Shown in pieces: positions 51,501-63,915 of a stretch of 64,000 nucleotides of DNA. The notes beneath the pieces were generated by a model. That model searched no databases. It worked only from the letters and a program-made list of their open reading frames with translations, and was not told the DNA's origin. The DNA is from Azolla caroliniana (lineage: Eukaryota > Plantae > Polypodiophyta), in contig JBHGNT010000003.1 in NCBI GenBank assembly GCA_043228905.1, positions 310,001-374,000 of the forward strand, given 5' to 3'. The translations under genes were made by a program, and so were the position numbers. Position 1 is the first letter of the stretch. Each line of letters starts with the position of its first letter.

Positions 51501-53207
51501 TTTCATTCCTCCTCGCCCATCGTTTCGGTTCAGGGCCCTCCGGGTATCGCTGGCGTGCACCCGACCTTCCCACAAGTACACTACCCGGCTCCTCAAAGCC
51601 TCCGCAAAGTCCCCGTAGTCTTTCCGGATGTGGCTGACCTCGTCGCACCACATGCACCTACTTCCTGTCGGAGGCTGTCGGTCACGAGCCTGATCGCCAC
51701 CTTCCCTTCGAGCCTGGGCGATCTGCAGATCCTTTACCGCTCGCGTCAACTCCTCCAGAGCTGTTCCCCCGGACGAGCCTCTGACCACGCCGGTCGAAGC
51801 TGAACCGGTCTCGAGCCACTCCCGGGTCTCTTCCCTTCGCGCTTGCGGTATCGGTTCGAGCTTCCTTGCTGCGACAGGTCCCGCCCCGGTCGCCTCTGTA
51901 TCAGCCCACTCCCACCGCTTGTCAAAACGGCCGCAGACTCTTTTTACCGCGGCCCAGTCGGCCGTCAACCCGTCTTCGGTTTCCAGTAAGGAGCCAACTT
52001 GCCCCCGATCCCGTGCGTCAACCAATTTGACAAACAGTAGGACACGACTTGTCTCCAGAACGGTCCGATCGAGCGCTGAAAGGCGCGCAAAGCGTTCCTC
52101 AAACTCCAGGAGGAGTACCGGCGCATTTCTTCCTTTGTTGGGGGACTCCACCAACTCCATAAAGCTCCGCTTCGAAAGTCGAAGCGCATCATCCAGACCG
52201 TATTTCTCCAGAAGACGTCCTTCGAACTCCTCCCAGGTCCGACTCTCCGCCCAGACCTCGAGCACCTCCGCATGGATGCCCGGCATCGCCACTCGAGGGA
52301 ATCCGGCAAGAGGCCTCTCTTCCGGAATATCCCTCATCAACATCTCCGCTCGTTAGGACGCCAAATAACTCGTGGCATGCTTTCCACTGAACCGGCCGAT
52401 CATACCGACGATCGCCTCAATAGCCCTGTCAAGGGCGCCGGTGCCCTCGCGCGCGCTCACTATCCGGTCCACGGCCGAAGCCATGGCCTCTGCAAGATCC
52501 GACCCCCTCATCTTTTGCTCCTTTGCCGCCTGTTTCACGTCGGGTTCACCAAAGATGTCGCGTTACTACGCGCGCGTGTGGAGAAACGAGGCGGGACCAC
52601 CGGGGTCTTGAACCGAAGAGCAAGTGATAGAAGGGGAAAGAGAAGGAGAGAGAGACCCGGTCACGTATGAGCAAAGAAACACAAGGGCACAGCCCGTCAA
52701 CACAGAAGACGCGAATGGACACAGAGACAGGGAGACATAAGTGTTTGTATATTAACGAATAACAAATACAAAACAGAGCACGCGAGCGGTTAGAACCGAA
52801 CTGACCGGCGAACAGATGCCGATGCCTGTTCGTCTGCGCACGAAAAGGAGAAAAGGGTGGAGGTGCTGCCGGAAGCACACAGGCGTTCCTCGAAGCAGTG
52901 CGAGCCTCCCGAAAAACCTGCAGAGAAGAGTGATGGAGAACGAATCTGAGGAGAAGCGTTCGGTTCCAGTCCGACAACACTTCGTCGTCCTTAATGCGTG
53001 ATCCCCTTCTCCCTGCGTCTCCCTCTCCTTTATAGCTTCAAGAAGGGAGCCATCTCCGTCATTTACTTCCTACCTACCGAATCTAACTACCCGGATATGC
53101 CTTTGTACTTAATTCCCTATTATATACATTAAGGGCGCGCATACGTGAAGAGCCGGTTCACGCGCGCTATGCACCGATTGCGCCAAGGGACGGTTTTCTT
53201 CACGACA
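45600..53207 (-). mobile_element. gag-pol: Gypsy element G, full-length, degenerate; LTRs 45600-46251 and 52556-53207
   Basis: TSD CCGT/TCGT; Trp PBS 52535-52551; gag 52343-51312; frameshift heptamer 50387-50393; RT-RH-INT ORF 49424-47494; inserted in the protease of E. Confidence 0.96.
46892..47493 (+). repeat. Copia solo LTR (602 bp) inserted in the integrase of G
   Basis: TG...CA ends; perfect TSD GCCCA; strong similarity to the LTR at 29178-29896. Confidence 0.95.
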
Positions 53208-54230
53208 TCGTGCTAGCATTGATTGATCACGGATCGGAGATCAACTTTATTTCCAAGGAATTCTACTAGAAGGGGAAGTGGCCTATTAACACCAATCATG
53301 GATGGAAGATCCGAGCGGCCACTAAAGCAACGGAAGATCTATTCGTGGCTTGTCCGGATGTGACGTTGAAGATCGGGGACATCGAGATCGACCAAAATTT
53401 CTTCGTACAAGACGAGGTCTCATACTCCATGATCCTCGGGCAACCCTTTATCACAACATCATGGATGGAGACGAAGGTGCTCGATAGACGAAGGAGCCAA
53501 AACGGAGGGAAATCCGTCCAATTCCTAACGGTGTCGGCAAATCATGAAAGGAACAAGAGAGAGCTCTTGTCCCAAACAAGAATGGATTTTTAGAGCGGAC
53601 TGTTGCGGAGTGGGGAAGTGATAGTCCGAGAAGCCCTGATACCTCACACAGGAAGATTCAACCTCTCGGTGCAAAACAAGTACGAATCAGTCCAGATGGA
53701 GCATCCACGTACACGGCCGTAACCGGAGGAATGAAGAAAAAATACCGAAAAGTGGAGGATAAGTTACGGTCGGCATCAATAATAAAAGAAGACAAAGAAA
53801 TCGTGGGAATAGTCGAAGAGGTGTTCTATGGGAGCACACTACAATGGCTTGAAGTACTCGCGGAAGATACAAGCCAGGTAATTCCGGTGGAGTCGGTCGA
53901 GATGTACGAGATCATTGGGAAAATGGGGCCGGATGCGCTCCGCAAAGAAGAAGCAATGGTAAGTACAAAATACAAGACCGTGGAGAAGAAAGTGAAACCG
54001 ACCGCAGGACCGTTACCCGCAGATAGCGAACAAAAGAGGAAAGAAGTCTCGGGGGATCCGACACTTCGGAAGTCCATGGATATCGAACATGCCTTCACAG
54101 ATGAGACCCGGAAGAAACTTCAGATCGGTGGAGGTGGGTTCCTATTAAAGAATGAAGAAGAACGATTCCGTGGGATGCTAGAGTGACATGGGAGAGCATT
54201 TGCATTTACATCGAAAGAAATAGGATGCGT

Positions 54231-54293
54231 TGTCGTGCCTTTAGGCTCTGGATCGTTGCGTGAGTCACGTAGTGTGTGGAATACACTACGACA
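54231..54293 (-). mobile_element. 63-bp micro-element made of the two fused tips of the E-family LTR
   Basis: TGTCG...CGACA; perfect TSD GCGT. Reverse complement matches the first about 29 nt and last about 34 nt of LTR 25970-26806. Removing it restores IGCVDPKIEEPMVIF. Confidence 0.92.
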
Positions 54294-57200
54294 GCGTTGA
54301 CCCAAAGATAGAGGAGCCGATGGTGATCTTCACGATTGACCGTGTGCCGTGGAACCTGAAGTCGATTTCGGTGCCACGGGCGCATATTCCGAAAATCATC
54401 GACTTGCTCAAGGAGAAGGTGGCGATGGGGATTCTAGAGCCATCAAATGCTCCATACTCAAATCGATGGTTTATGGTTCCGAAGTAGAATGAGTCACTCT
54501 GATTTATTCAAGATTTGCAACTGGTAAACAAGGTCACGATCCGGAACTCCGGAGTTGGTCCGATAGTGGATGAATTTGCAGAAGCATTTGCCGGTCGTGC
54601 GATATACTCCATCGGAGACCTATATTCCGGATATGACCAATTCCAACTAGCCGTGGAGAGCCGAGACATCACTACCATGTGGACATTGGTAGGATTAGTC
54701 CGGATGTGTACGCTACCACAAGGCGCGACGAACTCAGTCACACATATGATGAATGCGATGAATAAGGTGCTCCGGGATTGCATACCGGAGATAACAATGC
54801 CGTTCCTAGATGACATTCCGATGAAAGGGTGTGCAGTGGAAGAAAAAGATGAAGCTATGGATGAACGGGGATGCCAAAGGTTTGTAGTCAATCATATCCA
54901 TGATTGTGAGAAAGTGTTACGGAAGTTAGAAGATGTGCATCTAACACTTTCTGGAGAGAAATCGGCATTCAGACAAGAAGAAATATTGGTAGTCGGACAT
55001 CTATGTGGGCCCTACGGCCGAAGACCATCACCAACCAAGATCGATGTGATTCAAGCTATGAAAGAAGTATGCGAGTCACAATCCGAAGTTCGAAGGTTCC
55101 TTGGAGCATGTGCATTCTACCACATATGGATTCCGCACTATGCACATATAGCGGACCCACTCTATCACTTGTTGCGGAAGGGAAGAAGTTTGAATGGAAA
55201 CCAGAGCATACAAAGCCGTGAAGAAGCTCAAGAAATCACTACGGAGGGTAGAAGCACTAAAGAAGCCGAGCTATGACCAACCGATCATAGTAACGGTTGA
55301 CACAAGTCCAACCGGAATCGGATGGGTCATCAATCAAGCCGATCCGGAAGGTTCGCGATATTCGATCCGATTCGGAGCAAAGGTTCTCAACGAAAGGCAA
55401 CGCGGATATGCACAAGTTAAAAGAGAATTATGGGGAGTCGTGTCGCCAATCAAATCGGATCGAGATTATTTGATCGGAGCCGAAGTAGTGATCGAAACGG
55501 ATTGTCTTCCGATACTCGGGATGATGCGGTGTTGCACGATACCGGATGTGGCTATGCTAAGATGGATTGCATATGTTAAATCACTTAATCCGGAGGTAAG
55601 ACACATCTCCGGAAAAGACAACGCTATAGCGGATATGCTATCAAGGGCGCGGTTCGGAGATGACATAACCGAATCCGATAATGAAGAAGTTTTCGAAGAC
55701 TACTTTGCTTCGGAGCACATATGCCGCGTGGACGTAATCCAAGAATCATGGGAAGAAGAATACGAGGGTGAAAGCTTGTTGATCGGGAAAATGCTACGAG
55801 AAATCGAGGAATCATCAGACAATAAAGAGAAGAGAGCCGAGATCCGAAGTAAGAAACGACAAGTCCGAAAGTTCTTTTTGAAAAATGGATTTTTATGGAG
55901 GGACCTGAAAAGACCGGGTGGCATACCACTTCGAGTAGTCGTGACAAAAGAGCAACGAAACCAGGTGATGTCCGAATTTCACGAATCTAATTGGGCTGGA
56001 CATCGGGGAACATGGGCAACATTTGGAAAGATCAAGCAAAGATATTGGTGGATAAATATGTACAAAGATGTCGCGGAGTTCACGGAAAGCTACGAGAAGT
56101 GTCAAATCTACTCCGGAGTTCGACACCGAGATGAGTTACATCCGACATTCTCACCGACAATCAACTTCAAATGGATGGTCGACATTGTAGCCATGCCAAC
56201 CGGGATCGGACAAAAGAAGTACTTGGTGTTAGCTTGAGAAGATCTCACAAACCAAGTAGAAGGTCGGGCGCTACGGAGGAAAACGTGTTCTACGGTATGC
56301 CAATTCCTTTTGGAAGAAGTGTTTTGTAGGTACGGGTGCATAGGACAAGTGAATGCGGATCGGGGAGAACTCGACTCTGAAAAAGCTAAGGAATTCTTCA
56401 CTAAACATGGAGTTTGGTTAACACTGACAACGGCATACAATCCGGAAGCCAACGGGAAGATCGAACGAGGACATAGTCCGATTGTCAAAGCACTTGCGAA
56501 GGCATGCGATGGAAGGGTGAAGGATTGGCCCTAGATCGAACGACGCATAGCTCCGTAACCGGTTACATGTCTGCAGAACTTATGACCGGACAAGCACCGG
56601 TAATGCCGACAGAAACTACAATCGCGACATGGACAATGCTACCATGGAAGGAAGAGATGAGTTGGGAAGAACTACTAGCGGTCTGAATACGACAACTGGA
56701 GGGAAGACCGGAAGACATGGCATGGCGGAAGCAATATGCCGACAACAAGAAGCGCGATTCCGGAATAAAAGCCGATTCGACACAAAGCACCGACTAAGAC
56801 CGCGGGAGATTGAAGAAGGAGATTGGGTGATCGTCTACGACAGTAGTTTGGATCATCAACATAAAACGATGCGGAAGTTCGCGAAAAGGTGGTTCGGGCC
56901 ATATGAGGTTCGGAAAGTTTTCGATAACGGAACTTACCGACTATGCGAGTTGGATGGAACGATGCTACGAGTGCCTATAGCCGGGAAACGGGTGAAGATT
57001 TTCAAGAAGCGGACTGAAGAAGAACCCTATGTGATCCTAGACAAGACAGACAAGAAGGAGCAATCAGACGAAGATCATGGTGATGCAAAAAGTGAGGAAA
57101 GTGGATTACAACTCATAGTCGACTTAAGGGGAGACTTGGGGGAAGCTTCGAATGAAGGTGAATAGCAAGCATTGGGAACTTCCGCACATACCGGAGGATG

Positions 57201-58055
57201 TGTGGGTTCGGAGGGGCCGAGTGTCATAGTGTAATTCGCACACTACGTGAAAAATTACATTTTTGGTTTATCCGGATAGGATATGGAATACCCAATAAGA
57301 ACCGGAAGGAAGAACCGGGGAGGACCGAAACCGGTAAGGAGACCCTGCAAGAGCCGGATGAAGGTCGGTGAGAAACAGACGAAGAGGACCGGTGAAGCAG
57401 AACCGGCAAGAGCCGGATGAAGAAGGCCGGCGAGAGAAGAGACACATTTGTAAATAGAAGAAAGTATAAAATTATATATTACATGCATAGGGCAAGATTC
57501 GAACCTTGCACCTCCATGTCAATAATGTTAAGCATTATCATTATACTAGCGTATTATGAATTTTAAAGTTATACTAAACTTTATACCATGTAAATATTCT
57601 AGACATGCATGGTACAAAAAGTTATTCATGCATAAACACTCGAGTTAAAAGAAAAGATGAGATAGAAAGCTAATCATGCACATGCAGTGTGCATGAAAAC
57701 TAAAGATAGAAAAAGCATGATACTTGCATGTGATAAACTTAGACTCTTCCAACACTATATAAGGAAGAGAGAAAGATGTAAAGAGGTTGTTGATTATTTT
57801 AACAAGGATTTTGATCAATCTAATATATTCGTGGGATTCACGATTTTTTTTCCATCTATTTCTCTCTTACATTCTAAGTATCAATTAATACACTATACTC
57901 GAGTGATTCACGAGTTTCATATCTTCTTTCAAATATTTCTCTTTCTTGCAATCGATTCATAAGGAGCCTTATCTCATATTCTTCTTTCTCCTAGTCCAAA
58001 ACCTCAGCGGTTCCCACCCGATTCACGCAATGATCCAAAGCCTAAAGGCACGACA

Positions 58056-58750
58056 CCGTTTTTGTACGTTCCGGGGAGTGGGGCGGCAATTCCGCCTGGC
58101 CCGCACCGTTCGCCGTGTGGTCCGATGATAACGTGGGTTCGTGCGGATGAACCTCCTCTTGTGTAGTGGTTTCGTTGTCTAGTACTATGGGGGACTCCGC
58201 TCGTTGGTCCACGTTGTTCACCATCGTTGTCATTTCTGGTGATCGGACCTGAGGTTCCTCTTCTTCGGCCCTGCCCAGAATTGGCGTCGCGTTGGATTCC
58301 TCGTTTTTTCGCGTGTTTCCGGCTTGTGTGATCTGGTGAAATAACTCCTCCTGGCTATCACCAAAATCATCTAAGAGCTGCGCGAGTTCTTCGCAGTGTT
58401 GGTCCGCTAGCGCACAATAGTCTTGCGCTAGGTCCTCTCGTACGGCCGCAATGCTCTCCTCATTTAGTTTATAGAAACCTCAGCCGTCTTTTCGCCAGTT
58501 CTCCCAGTCCGCACGATACGCATGCATATCCGCTGCTTGGGTTCCCCACGTCATCCAAGCTTTGTCCAGCGCCGTTTTGAATTGCGCAGTGAACCTCTCC
58601 CGATTTGTTTGGAGAAGGATATGCATGTTATTTGTGATGGACTGGCAACGGTTGGGTGCGTCCTCCATCGACTTCTGGAGGTTTGCAATTTCTTGTTGTT
58701 TAACCGCCGTTGCTTCTTCGTACATGGCCTTCAGGCCCGCCCATAGCTAG
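58056..58750 (-). pseudogene. Degenerate ORF of unknown function (coiled-coil then acidic/Pro-rich), split by element E; continues at 25969 to about 25710
   Basis: ORFs 58480-58725 and 58042-58233 are in one frame with a single TGA between them. The frame stays open across the CCGT TSD (..PERTKT|ADTTEEVTIEAESRP..). Confidence 0.55.
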
Positions 58751-58804
58751 GATTCCTTGGCATGTTGTTCTTCTAATTTCCACATTTCATTGTTTAGGTG
58801 GATT

Positions 58805-60830
58805 TCGAGTTTGTAGTCTGTGGGCTGCCGTGGTTTTTTCCCTAATTTGGGTTTTCCACGTTAACATCTTGTGTTCTCTTCTCTCCATTGTATCGTGCAT
58901 TCATTCCCCGTTTTTTTTCTGTGTTTTGATTCTAAGCTCGGTTGTGGCAAAGCGTTGTTCATTCGGAGCGTGTGTTCCTGTCAAAGTGGTATCAGAGTGA
59001 AACCACACAAAAAATGGATGAATCGTTGGGCGCCATGTTCAAGCTCACCGGCTCCAACTATTCAGTGTGGAAGTCGAAGATGAGGGACATGCTCGTGGTT
59101 AAAGATCTTTGGTTGCCAGTTCAGTTCGGGGATAAGAAACCAGACAAAATCGACGCCACGATATGGGAGGTGATGCACATGAAGACAACGGCGTACATAC
59201 GGTGTTTCATCGACATGAGTCATACAACAACTTCAATGAAGAGAGCAAGGCTCATGAGCTCTGGGAGAAGATCGGCATTATGTTTCAAAACAAAAATGCT
59301 ATTAATTAGGTTTCAGTATTCCGGAAACTAGTAAGACTTCGGTACCAAGATGGCTCCAGCATGGCGAAGCACATGAATGCCTTCCAGGGGCTGATACACC
59401 AGGCAACATCATTGGAAGTACCTCTCGCCGAGGAGGTACTAGCACTACTCCTGCTCGGTTCCCTCCCGGATAGCTGGGAGACATTGGTTGTCACTTTGGG
59501 CAACGCCGGGCCGGAAGGGAAACGGTTATCCCTAGCAAGAGTGAAGTCGAGTTTGCTAGATGAGGAGGCGCGTCGGAAAGATAAGGATACGAGCTCCGAC
59601 TCCGAAGCACTCCTTACCGAATCGGAACGCGGAAGACAAAGGAATTGGAGTCCCCAGAACCGGGAAAAGTCGGGGACGCGGTCAAAGTCAAGGGGAAGGC
59701 CTACTTGCTTCTATTGCGGCAAGCTGGGACACTTCCAGAAGAACTATCGGCATTTCCGGAAAGACAAGGAAACCAACGGTACCGATTCGAAGCGGACACT
59801 GGACCGCAACGGTAAAGATCGGAGGGGGCCGAACTGGAAGGGAATGACGGTAATTGCGGAAAGTGAAGAAGAATTGATGCTCATCACCGAGGAGAATGAG
59901 CTAAACCTTGCCGGCGACGAGATGACCTGGGTGGTCGACTCCGGAGCGTCGTTCCACCTTAACCCGGACCGGAAATGCTTCTGATCCTACTTAGCCGGTG
60001 ATCACGGTTGTGTCTGGATAGGGAATGAAGAGACATGCCGAATTGTCGGCATAGGAGACGTGTGGCTGACAACACCAACCGGATGCAAGATGTTGTTGAA
60101 AGATGTACGACACGTTCCGGAGGTTCGTCTGAACCTGATATCAGCCAGTCGGCTAGATGATGAAGGCTACACGGGTAACATCCGGAACGGCGTTATGATG
60201 TTCAGCAAAGGGAGCCTGATTGTGGCTCAAGCCCGGAAGATAAACACGGCATCCGACACTTCCGGTGAATGCCCGATTATGTCCGGAGGAACTGAACGTG
60301 ATGAATACCCGGTTATGTTCGGAGGAACTGAATGTGGCATCCGACACTTCCGGTGAGTTGTGGCACAAAAGGTTGTGTCACATGAGCGAGAAGGGGATGA
60401 AGAGGCTTGCAGACGACAACCTCATTCCAGTGAAGAACGTGCACTTGGAGAAGTGCACTGATTGTCTGGTCGGTAAGCAAAACCGGACCTCCTTCCGACC
60501 AAGGCCACCGATGAGACGTAATGCACCACTGGAGTTGGTGCATACTGATGTGTGTCAAGTGGACACGAAGTCACATGCAAGATCGCAGTACTTCGTGATG
60601 TTCATAGATGACCACAACCGGAAACTGTGGGCCACACTGTTGAAGACGAAGGATCAGGTGCTATCCACCTTCAAAGAGCTCCACGTGAGAGTGGAAAGAG
60701 AAACCGGCTGGAAGCTGAAGGCAGTTTAAGCAGATAACGGAGGTGAATACCGGGGGCAGTTCGAGGAGTACTGTCGCTCAAAGGGAATCCGGCTCGAATT
60801 TACCGTGCCGAAGACGTCGGAACTAAACGA
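58805..60830 (+). mobile_element. gag-pol: Ty1/Copia 5' fragment (partial LTR to 58983, iMet PBS 58987-58998, gag-PR-INT start); same family as 17950-23735
   Basis: MDESLGAMFKLTGSNY, CFYCGKLGH, VVDSGAS, DNGGEY; local duplications at 60248-60356; interrupted by Gypsy J. Confidence 0.92.
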
Positions 60831-62695
60831 TGTCGCGTTACTACGCACGTGCGTGGAGAAACGAGGCGGGACCACCGGGGTCTTGAACCGAAGAGTAGGT
60901 GATAGAAGGGGAAAGAGAAAGAGAGACACGCCCGGTTACGTATGAGCAAAGAAACACAGGAACACGGCCCGTCAACACGGAAGACACGAATGGACATAGA
61001 GACAGAGAGACACGAATGTTTGTATATTAACGAATGACAAATAAACAACAGAGCACGCGAGCGGTTACAACCGAACAGGCCGGTGAACAGATGTCGATGC
61101 CTGCTCGTCCACACACGAAAGGGGATAGGATGGAGGTGCTACCAGAAGCACACGGGCGTTCCTCGAAGTAGCGCGAGCCTCCCGAAAACTTGCAAAGAAG
61201 AGCAATGGAGAACGAACAGAGGAGAAGCGTTCGGTTTCGGTCCGAGCCTCCTCAATGCGCGATCCCCTCTCCCCGCGTCTCCCTCTCTTTTATAGCTTCA
61301 AGAAGGGAGTCGTTTCCCTCATTAACTTCCTACCTACCGAATCTAACTACCTAGGATATACCTCTGTACCTAATTCTCTATTATATACATTAAAGGGCGC
61401 GCACGCGTGAAGAGCCGGTTCACGCCCGCTATGCACCGATTGCGCTAAGGGACGGTTTTCTTCACGACATCCGCCCCCACCTAACCGCGCATCCACCGGT
61501 ATGCGCCAAAATTGGGTTCTGGTTGGAGAAAACCGGTCCGAGTTCCGGTTCCTCGTCCATCGGTTCGTCCTCCGTTTCGGCCTATTCGTCGTCGCTGTCC
61601 AGGCATCTTAGATCCAGTTCGCCGCGTGGCGCTTCTTGAACGCTTTGATCCGCTTCCCTGCTACCGGTATCGCCATCCTCGTACCGTCGAGTTCCGCCAG
61701 GTGATACGTCCCGTTGTCGTTGGCGCTCGTTACCACGTAAGGCCCGAACCACCGCTTTGCAAACTTCCGTGTTGCCCGGTGCTGGTTGTCGAGGCTGCTG
61801 TCGTAGACTAGCACCCAGTCGCCTTCCTTGATTTTCTTTGGTCGGAGGCGGTGCGTTCGGTCGAACCGGGCTTTGTTCCTCATCCTCGCCGTCCGAAGTC
61901 TCTCCGCCGCTCGTTCCACGTCCTCTGGCCTCCGCTCGAGCTGCCGTATACGCGCCGCTAGCAGTTCTTCCCGGCTCATCTCGTCTCTCCAGTCTACTCT
62001 CACCCAAGAGGAGATCGTCCGTTCCATCGGCATGATCGGCTTCTGTCCGAACATGAGCTCTGACGGCATGAACCCGGTTACCGAACTGTGCGTTGTCCGG
62101 TTCGCCCACAAGGCATAAGGTAACAGTCGTGGCCAGTTCCCGGCCTGGCCTCCGCACGCCCGGACTAGCGCTTTGACGATCGGTCCGTGTCAGCGGTCGA
62201 CCTTCCTGTTCGCCTCCGGATTGTACGTTGTGGTGAGCAAGAGCTTGACCCCTAACCGGTCGAACAGCTCCTCGGCCTCTTTGGCGTCCAACTCCCCGTT
62301 GTCAGCCACGATCTTCCCGCGCGCACCCGTACCGGCATATCACATCCTCGATCAGGAACCGACACACGACCGCGGTCGTTTTGTTCTGCAGCGCTCGGCC
62401 TTCCACCTGGTTCGTTAGGTCCTCCCGGGCCAGCACTAGATATCGCATCTGCCCTACACCCATCGGCATCGTCACCAAATCTACCATCCATTTGAAGTGG
62501 ATGGCCGGAGGGTATGTAGGGTGAAGCTCGTCCCGATGTCGGACTATGGAGTGTATCTGACAGCTCTCAAAAGTTGTCACGAACCGATGCACGTCCTGGT
62601 ACAGTCCCGGCCACCAGTACTTCCCCTTTAGTTTCTCGAACGTGGCCCAGGTCCCACGGTGTCCACCCGAGGGGCTGTCGTGGTAGGCCTTCAGC
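60831..62695 (-). mobile_element. pol: Gypsy element J: 3' LTR 60831-61469, PPT and integrase; 5' part lost
   Basis: LTR similar to G; left flank ACGA; YHDSPSGGHRG...RWFGPYVV. Confidence 0.92.
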
Positions 62696-63915
62696 ATGGA
62701 CACACAACGGCAACCACATCGAGTGGAACAAAAGAGGCAAGAAGACCAACCCTAGTATAGGGATCGCAACCCGCGAGAGGACAGGTACAACCGGAATCAC
62801 CAAAATCACAACGAGTCCGAGGAGGAGGACCCGGAGGACGAGGATTATCGTGGACATCCGAGTTACGCCAAAGGAGGCCGGCGATACGAACATCAACGCC
62901 CGATGAACAAACGGGGCGGCTTCAATGGCTATCGAGGTAAGCCTCGACAATATAGGGATCACCGGCGTTACGACGAAAGCTCGGGGGATGAGTGGCGCCA
63001 GGAACAACGACGGGATCAATAGCAGCCACTGCGTACGTCCCGACAAACGAGGCCAGACCGCGAAGAGCAAGTAGCGCCCGGAGAACGGCACACTCTACTT
63101 GGGGCTGAGAAGGGAGAATCAAGCATCCACTGTTTTATTTTTCAACAACCCGGACATTATGCCACACAATGCCCAGCACACAAGGGAAAGGGGACCGCCG
63201 TCAACACGATTACGGCGGAGGTGCAACAAGTCACCACACGCCAGCAAATGAAAACGACTGATTGGGTTGCGCAGGACGAGGTACGCCGACAAGCCCAAGC
63301 CTGGGTGGAAAAAGCAAATGCGGCCAATACAGAACGTATGAGGCAGGAGTCCGCGAATCCAATGAAGAAAACAGAGAACGAAAAAACGGGGCCGGACCCC
63401 ATTTGGCAGGTGTTAACGGGCTGTGAAATCACGCTAACTATTGAAAAACTGCTACAGCTAGTTCCACGTTTCCGCCAGACCATGGAAGCACAGGTGGCGG
63501 GCATGACCAGGGCAAGCGTTGCCACAAACCTGACTGACGTCAATGTGGGACCACCAGTGGTAGATCAACACAACCCGGCCATTACAGTAATATTGCACGG
63601 ACAGGAAGTCCCTGGATGTGTAATCGACGGCGGCTCAGGCGTCAATGTGATTAGCGCGAAAACTTGCGAACAATTGGGCATTTCCGAATGGGAGGCATGT
63701 CCATTCTGGCTTCGCATGGCAGATACCCGATCAATGTGACCATTGGGGCTAATTCGCAAAATAGGCATCATCGTGGGCAGACACCGCTTCGACATATCGG
63801 TGGTCGTCCTCGCTTTTGACGCGCCTGGAGCGTACCCAGTGCTTCTAGGCAGACCGTGGCTTCGGACAGCAAATATCAAGCAGAGCTGGCAACACGAGTG
63901 TATCAGCATCGACTA
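62696..63915 (+). mobile_element. gag-pol: gag 3' end and protease of a different Gypsy family, degenerate
   Basis: Damaged zinc knuckle HCFIFQQPGHYATQCP; protease VIDGGSGVNVI...YPVLLGRPWL; TGA at 63737. Confidence 0.8.

Larger units (their letters stand above)
25970..58055 (+). mobile_element. Gypsy element E, full-length (about 7.3 kb of its own sequence), expanded to 32 kb by nested insertions
   Basis: LTRs 25970-26806 and 57222-58055 are near-identical; TSD CCGT (25966-25969 and 58056-58059); Trp PBS 26811; PPT 57211-57221. Coding pieces 26844-27011, 44115-45599, 53208-54230 and 54294-57165 join across each insertion (e.g. KEP|VLALIDHGSE). Confidence 0.95.

Noticed and set aside
56900-57165. 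Chromodomain or env gene after the integrase
   Set aside because: Integrases end shortly after RWFGPY with an acidic tail; the PPT and LTR follow within about 60-100 bp.
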